Shown: piece after piece, positions 9,913 to 21,959 of the stretch
How the letters are laid out: each line of letters begins with the position of its first letter
Position numbering within the stretch: position 1 is the stretch's first letter
Assembly (NCBI RefSeq): GCF_022045235.1
Contig: NW_027266343.1
Coordinates: 56,358,001-56,422,000, forward strand
Direction: 5' to 3'
Source of the DNA: Haliotis cracherodii
Taxonomy: Eukaryota
DNA: 64,000 bases
Notes under the pieces: model-generated
Database searches by the model: none
The model's input: only the letters and a program-made list of their open reading frames with translations
Told to the model about the DNA's origin: nothing
Made by a program: the position numbers and the translations under genes

Positions 9913-11659
9913 TGGTCAGACTTGATAATAAATAACAAAATAATTGTGAATGAAAAATAATTCTGCAAATATTTCACAATAAGGGCAAGTTCTATTATTA
10001 AGTGAATAAACTGTAATCAATAATAACCAAACAAATATGTGATCATTAGAAACTTTACTGATGCTTCGGGGATGATCAAAGGGAAACAGTGCAATTAGAT
10101 GAAACTTGTTTATGTTATCAAAACACCTCCCAAAGATGGAGAAACTAATTGTAACTAAATGTAATATAATGAGCACATTTTAAAAGGATAACTTGTTTCT
10201 TTCTTTCAGGTAAATTGAAAACAAAACGAAATGATGTTTGTCAATTTTACATCACCCAACCCACTCTTGTAAGCAGGAAATGCAATTTTGTGAGAAGATA
10301 TAGTTCAGCGAAGATTAAAAAAATAATGATTGATCACATATATTTGATGCGCATTAAAGTCTGCATTTGGACAGTGCCGTATTATATTTGGTTTACAGTA
10401 GTTAAAAAAACAAAAACAGTAATTTTATGATTTTGTGTTGATGCACCCGTGTGCGAAAACAATTCAGTGAAAGGATCTTTTTAAAAATAACTCGCTAACT
10501 CTGACGTTCATATAGTTTGGCCCTCGCTCTACGAAGATTCATACTCCAGTGTACACACATAAAGTGAAAGTCGATTCTAATATGACATATGAATGACGTC
10601 ATACATATGATGACAAGTAGTTTGTCAAATATAACTTTAACAAGATTTTGCACCCGAAAAAAGTATTTACCTTGTACATAGTTTGATCACAATTTCGTCT
10701 CAAAAAGTAAACGGCGAACAACGAACATCGAGACGCCCGGAAGTTGTACTTGCTTCACATACCACTCTCCAAAGATCGTCTCCGATTGGTCGAAAAATAA
10801 TTGCTAATCGCCGTTTGCGTTTTTCATAACTTCGTCTGCTAAGCTTACCACTACATTGAGAAAATGGCAAATCCTCCGTTCTGCAAGATTGTTAGCTGGT
10901 AAAAACATTATTTACTGTTAGATTATAGCCCAATGTTTATGTCTCAATGTCAGTTGAACCAAATAAGTGGAGAAATATTATTGAACTCTGGTCTAGATAA
11001 GTGCACAAATGTTATGATGTTTTCAGCATGATTAATCTTTGGTTGGGGAAATACAGCAATACATCAATTTATAGGGTTATGGGTTATTGTAGATTCATAA
11101 TAAAACATTTATACATATATGTGTATATATATCCCACTTCATTAAATCAGTTAAAATATTACTTGCATATTTAAATTTTTCCCACCTTGGTGTTCAATGC
11201 AGCCATCAAGAAGTGTTATGAATTGCACTAGTGTACTATTCTACTCTTAATTTAGTAGCTTGTCATCTGTTGTACCCAATTACTATATCATGGAATTGAG
11301 ATCACTGTGTACACAGGCCTACAGATTGCCAATAACAAGAAGCTATTCATGGCCCAGTGACTGTAAATATGACAGCTTCACATATTTTGATTATTACATG
11401 CATCATCATATCACAACACAACAGATTTATGATACATAAATGAGATATTTTATTAACTGCAAAACAATTAACTCATCAATATCACATTACACAATGTGAA
11501 TTCATGTAAATTAGGGATGATGTAAATTACAGATACAAAAGCATTAATCTAAAAGTAAACTGTTATTACTTTAAGAAATTATGCAGAAATCCATTATTAA
11601 ACAAATATTCTCTCAATAATTTTCCTCATTATCAATCCATCAATAAAATTATTTATATA

Positions 11660-12135
11660 GCATGCCTGAAACTTTTGTATACCTTCACAGGGCCACGGAT
11701 AGCCACACTATACCTATAGTCAGTATAGGCCTAATAATAATTTCACCCCTAGATCCAATAATATCTCGCATCACAAATAGTGAAAATAAATGTTCAATCT
11801 GTAAAAACAATTTGGCAGATAACATAGATATCTCCTCTAGTAGGAGAATGTCAGTGTTCATTATGTTATCTGTATACCGCCTGCAGTCGTCATCATATAT
11901 AACAAGATGACACAACTGCTCATCTGAATATCTTTCATCCAAAATCCCCGCGAAACGATGAATTGTAACACCCGGCAAAAGCGATGCCGCCAAACCCGTT
12001 GATGCACAAAGTTGAACGGTCTTTCCCTCGTTTCCTAAGCTCGTGACTTTTGCCTGTCTCTGCCTGGCCTAAAATAAGGAAATTATGCCCAGAAACAGCC
12101 GCATTTGTGGTTGAGTCGCTTGGTTGTGTCGCCAT
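11660..12135 (-). pseudogene. PIF1-family (SF1B) helicase remnant, frameshifted and internally deleted
   Basis: NFLILGQAETGKSH (Walker A-like), ASTGLAASLLPGVTIHRFAG (motifs Ia/Ib), DILLLEEISMLS (motif II, DEISM-like), then a jump to LSVAL*R (motif VI-like). Confidence 0.8.
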
Positions 12136-12797
12136 TGTTTTCGCATGTTTTAGTGAGTAACATACGGAGCGAGCAGCACTTCCGGGCGTCTCGGTATTCG
12201 TAACGACAACATTGAACTTCCACATTAATTATAAGTCAAGGAAAAATAAATGTAGCAATAATTTGAGATTTAACATGAAGTTAAAACACTTTTGTTTCAA
12301 CCTAGCTTTTGTAAAAAAAATTATTAACACGGAAATGACTGAAATAGCGGTTGCAGCATAGAGGGTAGAAAATTGTTCGGTTTTCGATCAGCGGAGGTGT
12401 CCTCCCTTCTCTTTTTTTAATGTAATCAGTACAGTCAGTATAGTATGGCTATCAATGGCCCTGTGTATTAGCGTACTTTCTTATGAACCATAACCATTCT
12501 TTGACATTTGTTTATGAAAATTTGTAGACTTGTCAACCATGAAACGGATGAAAAGCATAAGCAATATCTTGAATGGACTGTGAAAGATGTGACGAATCGT
12601 CACATGGCGTTGTCCTGTGGCAGAGGTACTATACTGGCTGGCTGCCGGCCGCATGGAATTTTGGGTAGGAGTGTGCCTAGCTTCTTGAGATACCAATCAA
12701 TTCTTTCAATGTTTATATTACGACTTCAACATAAGTATGACGTCATTCACATGTCATTGTCAGTTACACTGAAGAGCTGTCATAAAAAAATGATATA

Positions 12798-13052
12798 ATT
12801 TGTTTGTGTGTTTGTTGTTTAACGCCGCACTCAGAAATATTCCAGATATATGACGGCGGTCTGGAAATAATCGAGTGTGGACCTAACAACCCAGTGATTG
12901 ACAACATGAGCAACGATTTACGCGATTGGGATAAGATGACATGCATCAACCAAGTCAGCGAGCCTGACCACCCGATCCCGTTAGTCGCCTCTTACGACAA
13001 GCACAGTCGCCTTTTAATGCAAGCATGGGTTGTTGAAGACCTTTTCTACCCC
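12798..13052 (-). mobile_element. Family A copy (slightly 5'-truncated)
   Basis: Matches the family A body, with two hairpin units and the tail. Confidence 0.9.
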
Positions 13053-13578
13053 TGATGAAACTGATATAAAGAAGATGTTGGACCAACGTGGACTATTTTT
13101 TATTATATATAAAATAACGAAAATTAAGTGATTCAAAACATATACATGTCATAGCTACAGGGTAATTAGATATTGTTCATTCACACAAAGGGTTGTCCCC
13201 AATCGGTCGCTATGACAATCTCCACAGTCTGGTGGTTCCGGGACAAAAAAGCCGATAATACTCTGTTTGAGTTGACATGTTTAATCATGTGGCGTTCCGG
13301 AGGTTTCTTGTGTGTTGTTGTGGATCACAGTAGGTCTCACGCATATTTCCGTGAAGTAAAACCATGTTTTCAACCGAATCCAAGCTCTGGGGATCACTCT
13401 TTGATTAACATCAAGGATACATGCATCTGTCTGTTGCTGTTCTCCTCTTTCGAGCATACCGACTCTTCTGTTGTAACGAAGTCGCTGAGATTAACCTGAC
13501 ACTGTAACGTTCAATTGATTCGTTCTGTAAAGACATTGGTCTGACAGATATTGATGCAGGGGGGGATGGGGGGATGCA

Positions 13579-13706
13579 GCACGGGTGACCAAATCGTCTA
13601 AGGCGCCGCGATTCGCTGTGCAGAATTGCGTCCCTTGGGCACGCAAGAAACGTATGATTGTAGGTTCGAATCCCGGTTCGTGGGTTTCACCGAAGTGATA
13701 AACGTC
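13579..13706 (+). mobile_element. SINE family B fragment
   Basis: Homologous to the 5' half of 20495-20775, with an internal deletion. Confidence 0.85.
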
Positions 13707-13769
13707 AGTACACTTAGTTTAAAAGTAAATTATTTAAAAGATAAGTATAATATTTTCAAATATCAAGTG

Positions 13770-16700
13770 TTCTCAAGTGTCCTTGTGGCCAAACATGCAA
13801 GTTCTGAAGTTGCCCATTTATCTACAGAATAAATGGCGTAATTATGTGACTAAAGCACGACTCCAAAGGAATAAGGATATTGCCTTTGATGATCTGGTTC
13901 AGTTCATTGAATTTGCATCAAAATCTGCAAACGAGCCTGTTTACAATAAGGATGTGATGTCTAAAAGTGATGTTCACTTACGTAAGCAAGGCAAAGGTAC
14001 CAACAGAGATAAACAGATTGTCCACAAACTTAAGTCAAACAGTATTGTGACAAGTATCAGACGTCCTGATTCATCTGATCATAATTACAACAGAGATAGA
14101 AAGCCTGTATGCTATTTCTGCAAAGGGCCGACTGTATGACTGTAGACCGTTGGCTCAGAAGTCTCTCGAAGATAAGCGAGCATACTTGTGGGACAATAAA
14201 TTGTGTTTTGGTTGCTATGGCTACAACCATGCTGTTAAAGGTTTCATGAGGAAGCGGACCTGTAAAAGAGGTGGCAAGTGTCATCCTACAGCTCTACATG
14301 ATGAGAACTTTTGTCATGTACGCAACAGGAGAGATACACCAATACAGGCAGTGTTATGTTAAAAGCAGATGGACATGGCACAACGGATACCTCAGCTGAC
14401 TCTGTCAACACAACGTGCAGCAACACGCATTCTGATGCAGTGGATACTGTGCTGCAACATATCATTCCCGTCACTGCAAAAAGACGCAACGAGAAATCCG
14501 TAAAGACGTATGTACTATTGGACAATGGTAGTACCGGTTGTTTCATCACAGAAGATCTCAGACATGAACTTAGAGCTAGATCTACCAATTCAATGCTGAA
14601 GCTGCTAACGATGCATGGTATCAATACAGTAAGAACCCCGGCAGTGGAGGATCTCATCATCTCAGATATTACAGTTACTGATAACAATGCACTGTTATTA
14701 CCAAGAATGTTTACTAAGGAAGAGGTACCAGTTGGTCACAGTCAGATACCTAATCTGGATGTTTTGGTAATTATAACGTAGCCTCATCTATGTGATATGG
14801 CAAAGAAGTTACCAGAGTACCAGCGTGATCTGGACATTGGCTTAATAATTGGAAGCACCTGTCCTGTTGCCCTGCAGCCACATGAAGTCATGGCTGGACC
14901 GTCAGTGGACTACTTCACATTAAGTACAACCCATCTGATAATTCCCTTACCTGCAATCGTGCAATTTTCCAAGAAGTACAGGCAGTGAAGGAATACCCTA
15001 ATCGAGATGCCATACTGAAGATGTTTGAAATGGACTTTAGTGAGTGTGACATTGGAACAGTATCTAGCGAACAAGGATATTCCAGAGATGATCAGAAGTT
15101 TATGGAGATGGCAAGGTCCAACATCAAGCAAGTTGATGGCCATTATGAATTGACAATGCCCCTCAGAGATCCAAATGCAACATTCTCCAATAACAGAGAA
15201 CAAGCAGAATGGCCAAAGAAGAAAATGTTTCAAAATGAGCAATATCGTCATAACTATGGACAATCTTTTCACAAAGGGCTATGCCTACAAGGTACCAAGC
15301 GATAAGCTGACAGCAGGATCAGGGAAGAAGTGGTATCTCCCCCACCATGGTGTTTACCATGCAAAGAAGCCGACAAAGACACATGTAGTATTAGACTGCA
15401 GAGATAAGTAGGAAGGGACATCGCTGAATGATATGCTACTTCAAGGACCAGATCTCACAAATTCACTGATTGGGGTATTAACCAGATTTAGTTCTGAGAC
15501 TGTGGCTTTCATGGCCTATATTGAAGCCATGTTTTACCAAGTAAAGGTTCCTCCCCAACAGCATGATCTCCTGAGTTCATACATTCACTGGACAAGTAGC
15601 CATATACGCAACCTACGTGTGATTAATACACAATTAGTCATGACCACCTATATCAGCGTTTCTTGAAGAAGGACAAATACATGCAAGGAACAATTTATGT
15701 GACCTTTATGTGTTCAGTAATAAAAACCATCAACCATCAGCAATGCATTATACTCATTTGCAGACCAGAAAATAACATTATTGTGTCACATCCAAATTAA
15801 ACCTGAACCTGCAAGTTTTTGTCCTTAAGTATGCCCCTGGAAATAATCTGACAACTACATTGGACAAAGCGTATTTTGTATGTCAGAACAAAGCTCAGAT
15901 GTGGAATCCTTAAGGTAAAAAACCTATGAAAAGAGCCTTCATTGATGGTCGTATGACTTTTGGTTATTTAGTTAGGACAAAATCCAATAGGGACTGGCGG
16001 CCATCTTGGATTTTGCCAATATGGCGGCCCAAATAATCACCGGCTTTGGCGCCCTCCAAAAATGAATTTAGTATGTTCTGGTCTACACCTGTGCCAAATT
16101 TGATGCTTATAGACACATCTGCACGATTTCACCCTAAGGGCCTGGACAAATATTAATGGAAAGATGTCTGAAACCTGCTGTGTTTGGTTATGTAGTGTCT
16201 AGGCAGCTTCATGTGTTTTCGGATGGCACTACCATTGGCTATGGGTGTGTAGAATACCTGCGCCTTTGTGATGATAAAGACAATGTCCACACAGCATTTC
16301 ATATGGGAAAGTCTAGACTTGCACCAGTCAAATCAGTCACCATTCCTCGCCTAGAGTTGACAGCTGCTACTCCAGCTGTACACATTGGTCAACTCCAGCT
16401 TGACACCCAGCCTGACAGTGTCACTTACTATACAGATTCAACAACAAAGGTTTCTAGTCTTTGTTACAAACCGGGTGAAAGTCATCAGAGATTTTTCAGA
16501 ACCTGATCAGTGGAAGTACTTTGATTCTAAGACGAACCCGGCTGATGTTGCATCTAGAGTCGTGACTGATTCAAAACATTTTGATTGCCAGGAGTGGTTC
16601 AAAGGTCCTTAGTTTCTGATGAAACCTGCATCAGAATGGTCCTTGCAACATCCACTTGTTTTGAATGGTTGCAGTTTTAAAAAACACACCAGTAATTGCA

Positions 16701-17892
16701 ACAGACACACTGTCAAAGAAGACTTCTCATGACACAATGTGTACACTAATGGAACATTACTCGAGTATCATTTAAAGCGAGCTGTAGTGATATAACACTT
16801 TGACATTCTTCAGGCTCGAAGAAAGCAGCAAGATGACAGTCATGACAAGTCCAGTTGTGGAGGATCCATTCGGCCTTTCACAACACAGGAGCTTGAGAGA
16901 GCAGAGAATATTATTATCAAGTTCACCTAGTTAGAGCATTTCGACAAAGAAATAAGCATTCTTATCAACTCAGGTAGCAAACGAGGCCGACTACCCCAAA
17001 GTAGTTCAGTTTATAAACTGGACCCCTTCGTAGACAATGGACTACTCAGAGTTGGTGGTCGACTCAGCAGGGCAGATATTTCAGAGGAGATGAAGCATCC
17101 AGTTTTGTTACCCTACAAAAGCATTGTCACATCACTGGTCATTACTGACATACATTTGAGAATTGGGCATGCTGGACGGAATCATGTCTTGGCTGCATTA
17201 AGAGAGAAGTACTGGATGATTAAGGGTAACTCTGCTGTTCGTAACACTTTGTCTTACTGTGTTACATGTCGAAAATTGAGAGTACCAACGTGTGAACAGA
17301 AGATGGCTGATCTGCCATCCAGTCGCGTGAAATCTGCACCACCATTTACCTACACAGGGGTAGATTTCTTTGGCCATCATGTTATTAAGGAAGGACGGAA
17401 ATAAGTGAAACGCTATGGTGCATTAATTATAAGTCTTGTGAGCAGAGGCGTCCATATTGAGACAGCTAATTCTCTGGATACAGACTCGTTCCTTCATGCT
17501 TCACGTCGGTTCAAGCGCGAAGATTACTTGTCAAAGAAATATGGCGTGACAATGGTACTAGCTTTACCAGTGCAGCTTAAGAACTGCGACAAGCAGTAAC
17601 AGAAATGAGTCAAGAACGTATTCAGTCTTACTTGCTGAAAGGTAATATTGACTGGAAATTCAACCCTCCACCAGCAAGCCATATGGGTGGCGTATGGGAG
17701 CGACTGATCAGGTCGGTTCATAAAGTACTTTCTCCGCTTCTCAACGAGTTTGGTGAACGTTTGAATGATGAGTCATATCGAACACTATTGTGCAAAGTGG
17801 AAGCCATTGTAAACTCACGACCCCTCACAACTGTATCTGACAGTCCTGACAATCTAAATCCTTTAACGCCTAATCATCTCCTGTTGATGAAG
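13770..17892 (+). mobile_element. BEL/Pao LTR retrotransposon, degraded gag-pol
   Basis: Gag Zn knuckles (CYFC, LCFGC..NH, CHPTALH), protease LLDNGSTGCFI, RT start WYLPHHGVYH and [11 protein letters not shown], RNase H QLHVFSDG..GYG and TIPRLELTAA, integrase HAGRNH..CVTC, GVDFFG, PPPASHMGGVWERLIRS, VEAIVNSRPL, LTPNHLL. Many stops and frameshifts; most of the RT is missing. Confidence 0.95.
15578..16155. mobile_element. Unrelated insertion replacing the BEL RT core, probably the end of a DNA transposon
   Basis: BEL homology stops after QQHDLL and resumes at the RNase H region. The insert holds inverted ggcggccat(c/a)tt motifs at ~15996-16030. Superfamily not established. Confidence 0.45.
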
Positions 17893-18355
17893 GTTTCATG
17901 CCTTTGTCGCATTCTATTATTTCAAATACATCTTCCCGATTTAAGTTGAAATTTTGAAGCTATATTTTGGCCGAACTAACAAATCTATGCATAGTCTAAT
18001 TGAAAATGCGTTACTAAGTCGACATTCTGTTCGTAAACATTGCGACTGTCGTGCAATTTTGGTCGACTGCAGGATTTGCAAAACATGTGTACCGTTAACT
18101 TGGCGTTAACTTGGCGTTGCCAGGTGTTTTGCAAATCTTGTCATGCTTATTATCAACGTACTCAAGTTATTTGATGCACTTCTCGAGGTGAGACCCGTTT
18201 TATTACAATATAGATCTTGATTTTAAATCAGATCGCCTTGACTGGGCTCTGCCATTTTTTTAAAGCTAATGCCACTGATGGAGCCATCAAATTCCAGCCT
18301 AGTTCGGCTAGGGTGGAAACTAGTCCGTTAACTCCCTTGCCTCAGAAAGATGTTT
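17890..18355. mobile_element. Non-autonomous DNA transposon, same family as 41206-41894 (Kolobok-like, tentative)
   Basis: 17950-18355 aligns by eye with 41335-41810 (caaaacatgtg, agacccgttttat, aatatagatcttgat, agcctagt.cggc.agggtggaaact). It truncates the BEL integrase. Confidence 0.7.
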
Positions 18356-18399
18356 CAAATGAAGCATTGTAAGAACCATGCAATAGGTTGGGGAAACCC

Positions 18400-21300
18400 A
18401 CGAAAATGGCCAAAATACCGCATTTGCGATACCCCATCAGGACATCAGACTGACATTAACCATCATTGAAAATAAGGGAAAAACACACATCGTTCAAGAG
18501 GCAGCTATTCACAAATATACATGTACATACCCAACATGCTCAAAGATTTACAGACAGCCATGGAGACACCAAACCTACCAAAATGTGGTTATGAAAGCCG
18601 AGGCACACTACACCCACACAACATGCCGCCATTGCGTTGCAACTGCGCATGAACGGAAGCGACATCCACATGAAAAAACGGAAATTATACATGCACATAT
18701 ATCTATTTGAGGAATGTATGGGAGGTGGATATTGACATAAGATTAGTTATGCACGACTTGGAAATAAGAAACAATGCCTAAACGAAATATGAAAATGAGG
18801 CGTCATGACATTTAAAGTCATTGATTGGTTGCAAGAAATACACAATTAATTGAGTCCTTATAAAAGCGCCGAATTGGGAATAACAATTCCCACTCAACTC
18901 AGAAACATGGAATGCGGGTGCAAGAAACACAGTGATTCGACATGGAAAGGAGTTTAAGGTACTCAAACTATCTTGGAAAAAAATACCCAAATGCATCGTG
19001 AACAAATTAATAGACAAACATTTGTTGACCGAAAAACAAAATCTGCTCTGCACTGCCTGTGCTGATCATTGCCGTGATTTTATTCTCAAGGAACATTCAC
19101 AAAGTGTCACATCCATCATAGACATTAACAACGGCAAATGTACTCAGAACGAACTACATGATGTCAACATGATGCAATGCAAAAGGAAGCACGTGCCACC
19201 AAATGTTTATCTCTTGGAGATTTCATTAACTATGACGGCCAAAAATGGCTAAATGACAGAAATCCCACATGTATTTCATTCCTACGGGGACTGCAACCTT
19301 CAGGAAGGTAATTGTAACAAAAAATATATTGTCTATGATACTGTGTGTTGAACAGGTACTGTTAGGCTGTTGTCTGTCAGTTGTTGCTCCCCTTTCCTTC
19401 ATGACAAGTGGTTTCACCTATCTCTGTACTAGCAGCAAAACTGCTTGTCAGTTAAATTGTCGCCATTCGTGTGGCTAAACATGAGCCCGGATACCTTCAA
19501 TGTGACGCGAGAGGTTTATGATTCAAACATAGATGATTGTAACAACTTCCGCTTACGCAGGAAGAAGTTCATTGAAGAACAAATTGATCATGTGTTTCAC
19601 CAGCAAACACATGATGTGAACATCACTCATATGTTTGATTCTGTGCCAGTCACATCACCCCACACCACCAAGGCCAACTCTGCTGAACCCCCCAAAAAGG
19701 GGATCATAAAGGTAAGGGTAAGGGTAAAGCTACTGCCAAGGTTACCAAAACCGTTACATACAGTAAACATGCTTCATCATCCACACCACTTCACCTGCGG
19801 TGTCTTGTGGCAGCGATGGCAGTGTGAAATTGAGAAAGGTTACAACAGAAGCAAACAAATATGACATGGTTGAAGCCGTACCAATGTTCAAACCTAAAAT
19901 TGATGTTGACAATCCTGTTATGGTGAACCCATGTTCTTACAAAGCAGTTAACGATGTCATCCAAAAAACTCCTCGTTGTTGGACAGTGATTGGTTGTGGC
20001 GGTCTTCCATACAACCTTGATTCCAGATAAGTGACGTGAGAGTTCACATGGGACATATGTTACGAATCACTGTCTGCAAATGAGACTTGTGTGGAGCATC
20101 TGAAAGCAGTCCACAACAAGGATGTTTCTGACAAATATCAGAACTTTTGGAAATCTACTCCTCATCCCTGGTCCTGGTCATAAAGAAATTAACATGGTAA
20201 AGGGGTTGTTTACACTTCTGTGGGAAGCATTATTGAAGGACATGGCCCACATGTTGCATTACAGATCCCCTAGAGCAATGGCCTCCTGCAAAAATAACAA
20301 GTCTGTCGCAATCTCGACAACTTGGAACTGGTACATAAACCAGTGAACATTCGTACAAATACCTCATTTGAAGTTTATACTGTTATGTGAATTATCAATA
20401 TTCGCTCATACGTCATGCATAAATGCCACTCTATGTTCATAAGGTGTAGCCATACATTTTTTCTTAATTCGCTCATGAAAGTATGATTAATGGCGGGGGG
20501 CACGGGTGGCCCAGTCGTCTAAGGCGCCGCGATTCGCTGTGCAGAGTTGCGTCGCTTGGGCATGCCAGAAACCTATGATTGTGGGTTCGAATCCCGGTTC
20601 GCCCCGATTATGTTTCTAGGTTTGTCAGCACCATACCCGTGCTCGTGGGTTTCACCGAAGTGGTAAACGTCTAAGACCTGCATCACTTCGGGCTTTCCTC
20701 CCACATTAAGCTGACACGCCGTGATATAACTGGAATACTGTTAAAAGCGGCGTTAAACTCAACTCACTCACTCACTATGATTAATGGCAAGCAAATCTTC
20801 ATACTAATACAAATGGTGTATTTTAGCGATAAAACCACAAATGCGTTTTCAATATGAATGGTGTCGACATTATCTTCAATCCGATTTAATGCCTCCAATG
20901 TAATAAGTGAGCATGCACAATAACTAAATACTCATAGATTTATAATTGACACACTTCTGATGTATATTATAACATTTTCAGGCATGATCACCTAATGGAT
21001 CTCATTGGTGCTGAGATGGCCGAGGACAATTATGGATATGAAACAGGACAATGGCGCACCGATATCCGTGCACCTCAATATCTTGCTAATCCCCAGGCAC
21101 TACTTCCACATGTCTCAGTGTCTAACAGACCTTTGGATGCAGGGCTCGTGCATTACGCCAGCACCCGCAGATCCAATAGGGATTAGTACTTCCGTCAACT
21201 GGGCAGTGGCATCCAGTTGGGAAAGTCCCACAAACTCCAACCCGTTTTCGTTCTGCCAGGGGATAGGGATCACCATTACTCACTATCCAACAAGACGAAA

Positions 21301-21528
21301 ATGGAACTTTCGGAGTTGATTTCCTCTGGTCACGACCGTTTACGGTCACTGGCTGCAATTGCAATAGCAGATGCCAAATGCCACGTATTTGAACAAGTTG
21401 TGAAACTCGGAACAAAGGCAATGTATTTGACACATCTGTCTGATGTACAAGAAACAATTCTGGACCTTTTGGAAACAATTGAATCTGGTGAATCTGGTGA
21501 GAATTTATATTTATTAATCATGATTTAA
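18400..21528 (+). pseudogene. Degraded large ORF, probable Academ-like (DUF6589-related) transposase with an embedded C2H2 finger
   Basis: Fragments PVMVNPCSY..V, WTVIGCGGLPY (candidate eroded catalytic D), a C2H2-like FTWDIC...EHLKAVH, LLIPGPGHKEINMVKGLF; splice-acceptor-like ttttcag at ~20981. The family assignment rests on motif resemblance only. Confidence 0.45.
20495..20775 (+). mobile_element. tRNA-derived SINE family B (Leu-like head, V-domain-like body), full length
   Basis: A box TGGCCCAGTCG at 20507, B box GTTCGAATCC at 20585, gggctttcctcccac in the body, (ctca)n tail; 13-bp TSD tatgattaatggc at 20482-20494 and 20776-20788. Confidence 0.93.
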
Positions 21529-21959
21529 AATTACTATTATTTACGTTGATGGCAAGGCCTATATACGTGTAATGTACAAATAATTACATTTGTTAGTGTT
21601 AGATTTCGATAATTACAGTATGTTGCAAAAAGCAGATAATATGTATGGTTTATTGCAATACTGTTATTTCATCATCAGGTTTGACCGCTTCAGATGCCAC
21701 ACCCATCGACTAGAGGTCATCCCTATTTTTTGTGGACGTATTAGCGTATAAGTGTTTTCTGAATGACGTTATTGGAACCATCGTATGTAAAAAAGTATAT
21801 TGGGTGTTATTGTATACACACAAACAACATATTTACTCCAATGACAGTAATTGTTAATATTGGCGATACCAATATTACATTACATATTAACCACACACAA
21901 CAAACACCGATTAGTTTCTTACATTTATTGATGACGTGCACAGTAAGAAGGTATTATTT

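Noticed and set aside
12804-13055. Recurrent short ORFs such as LRGSMLMMSITGLSGPDSIIYRPPSYS and CINQVSEPDHPIPLVA
   Set aside because: These are incidental translations of family A on both strands; frames and stops are not conserved among copies.
13174-13410. Possible 5' LTR of the BEL element (TG...CA)
   Set aside because: No second LTR or clear primer-binding site in the window to confirm it.
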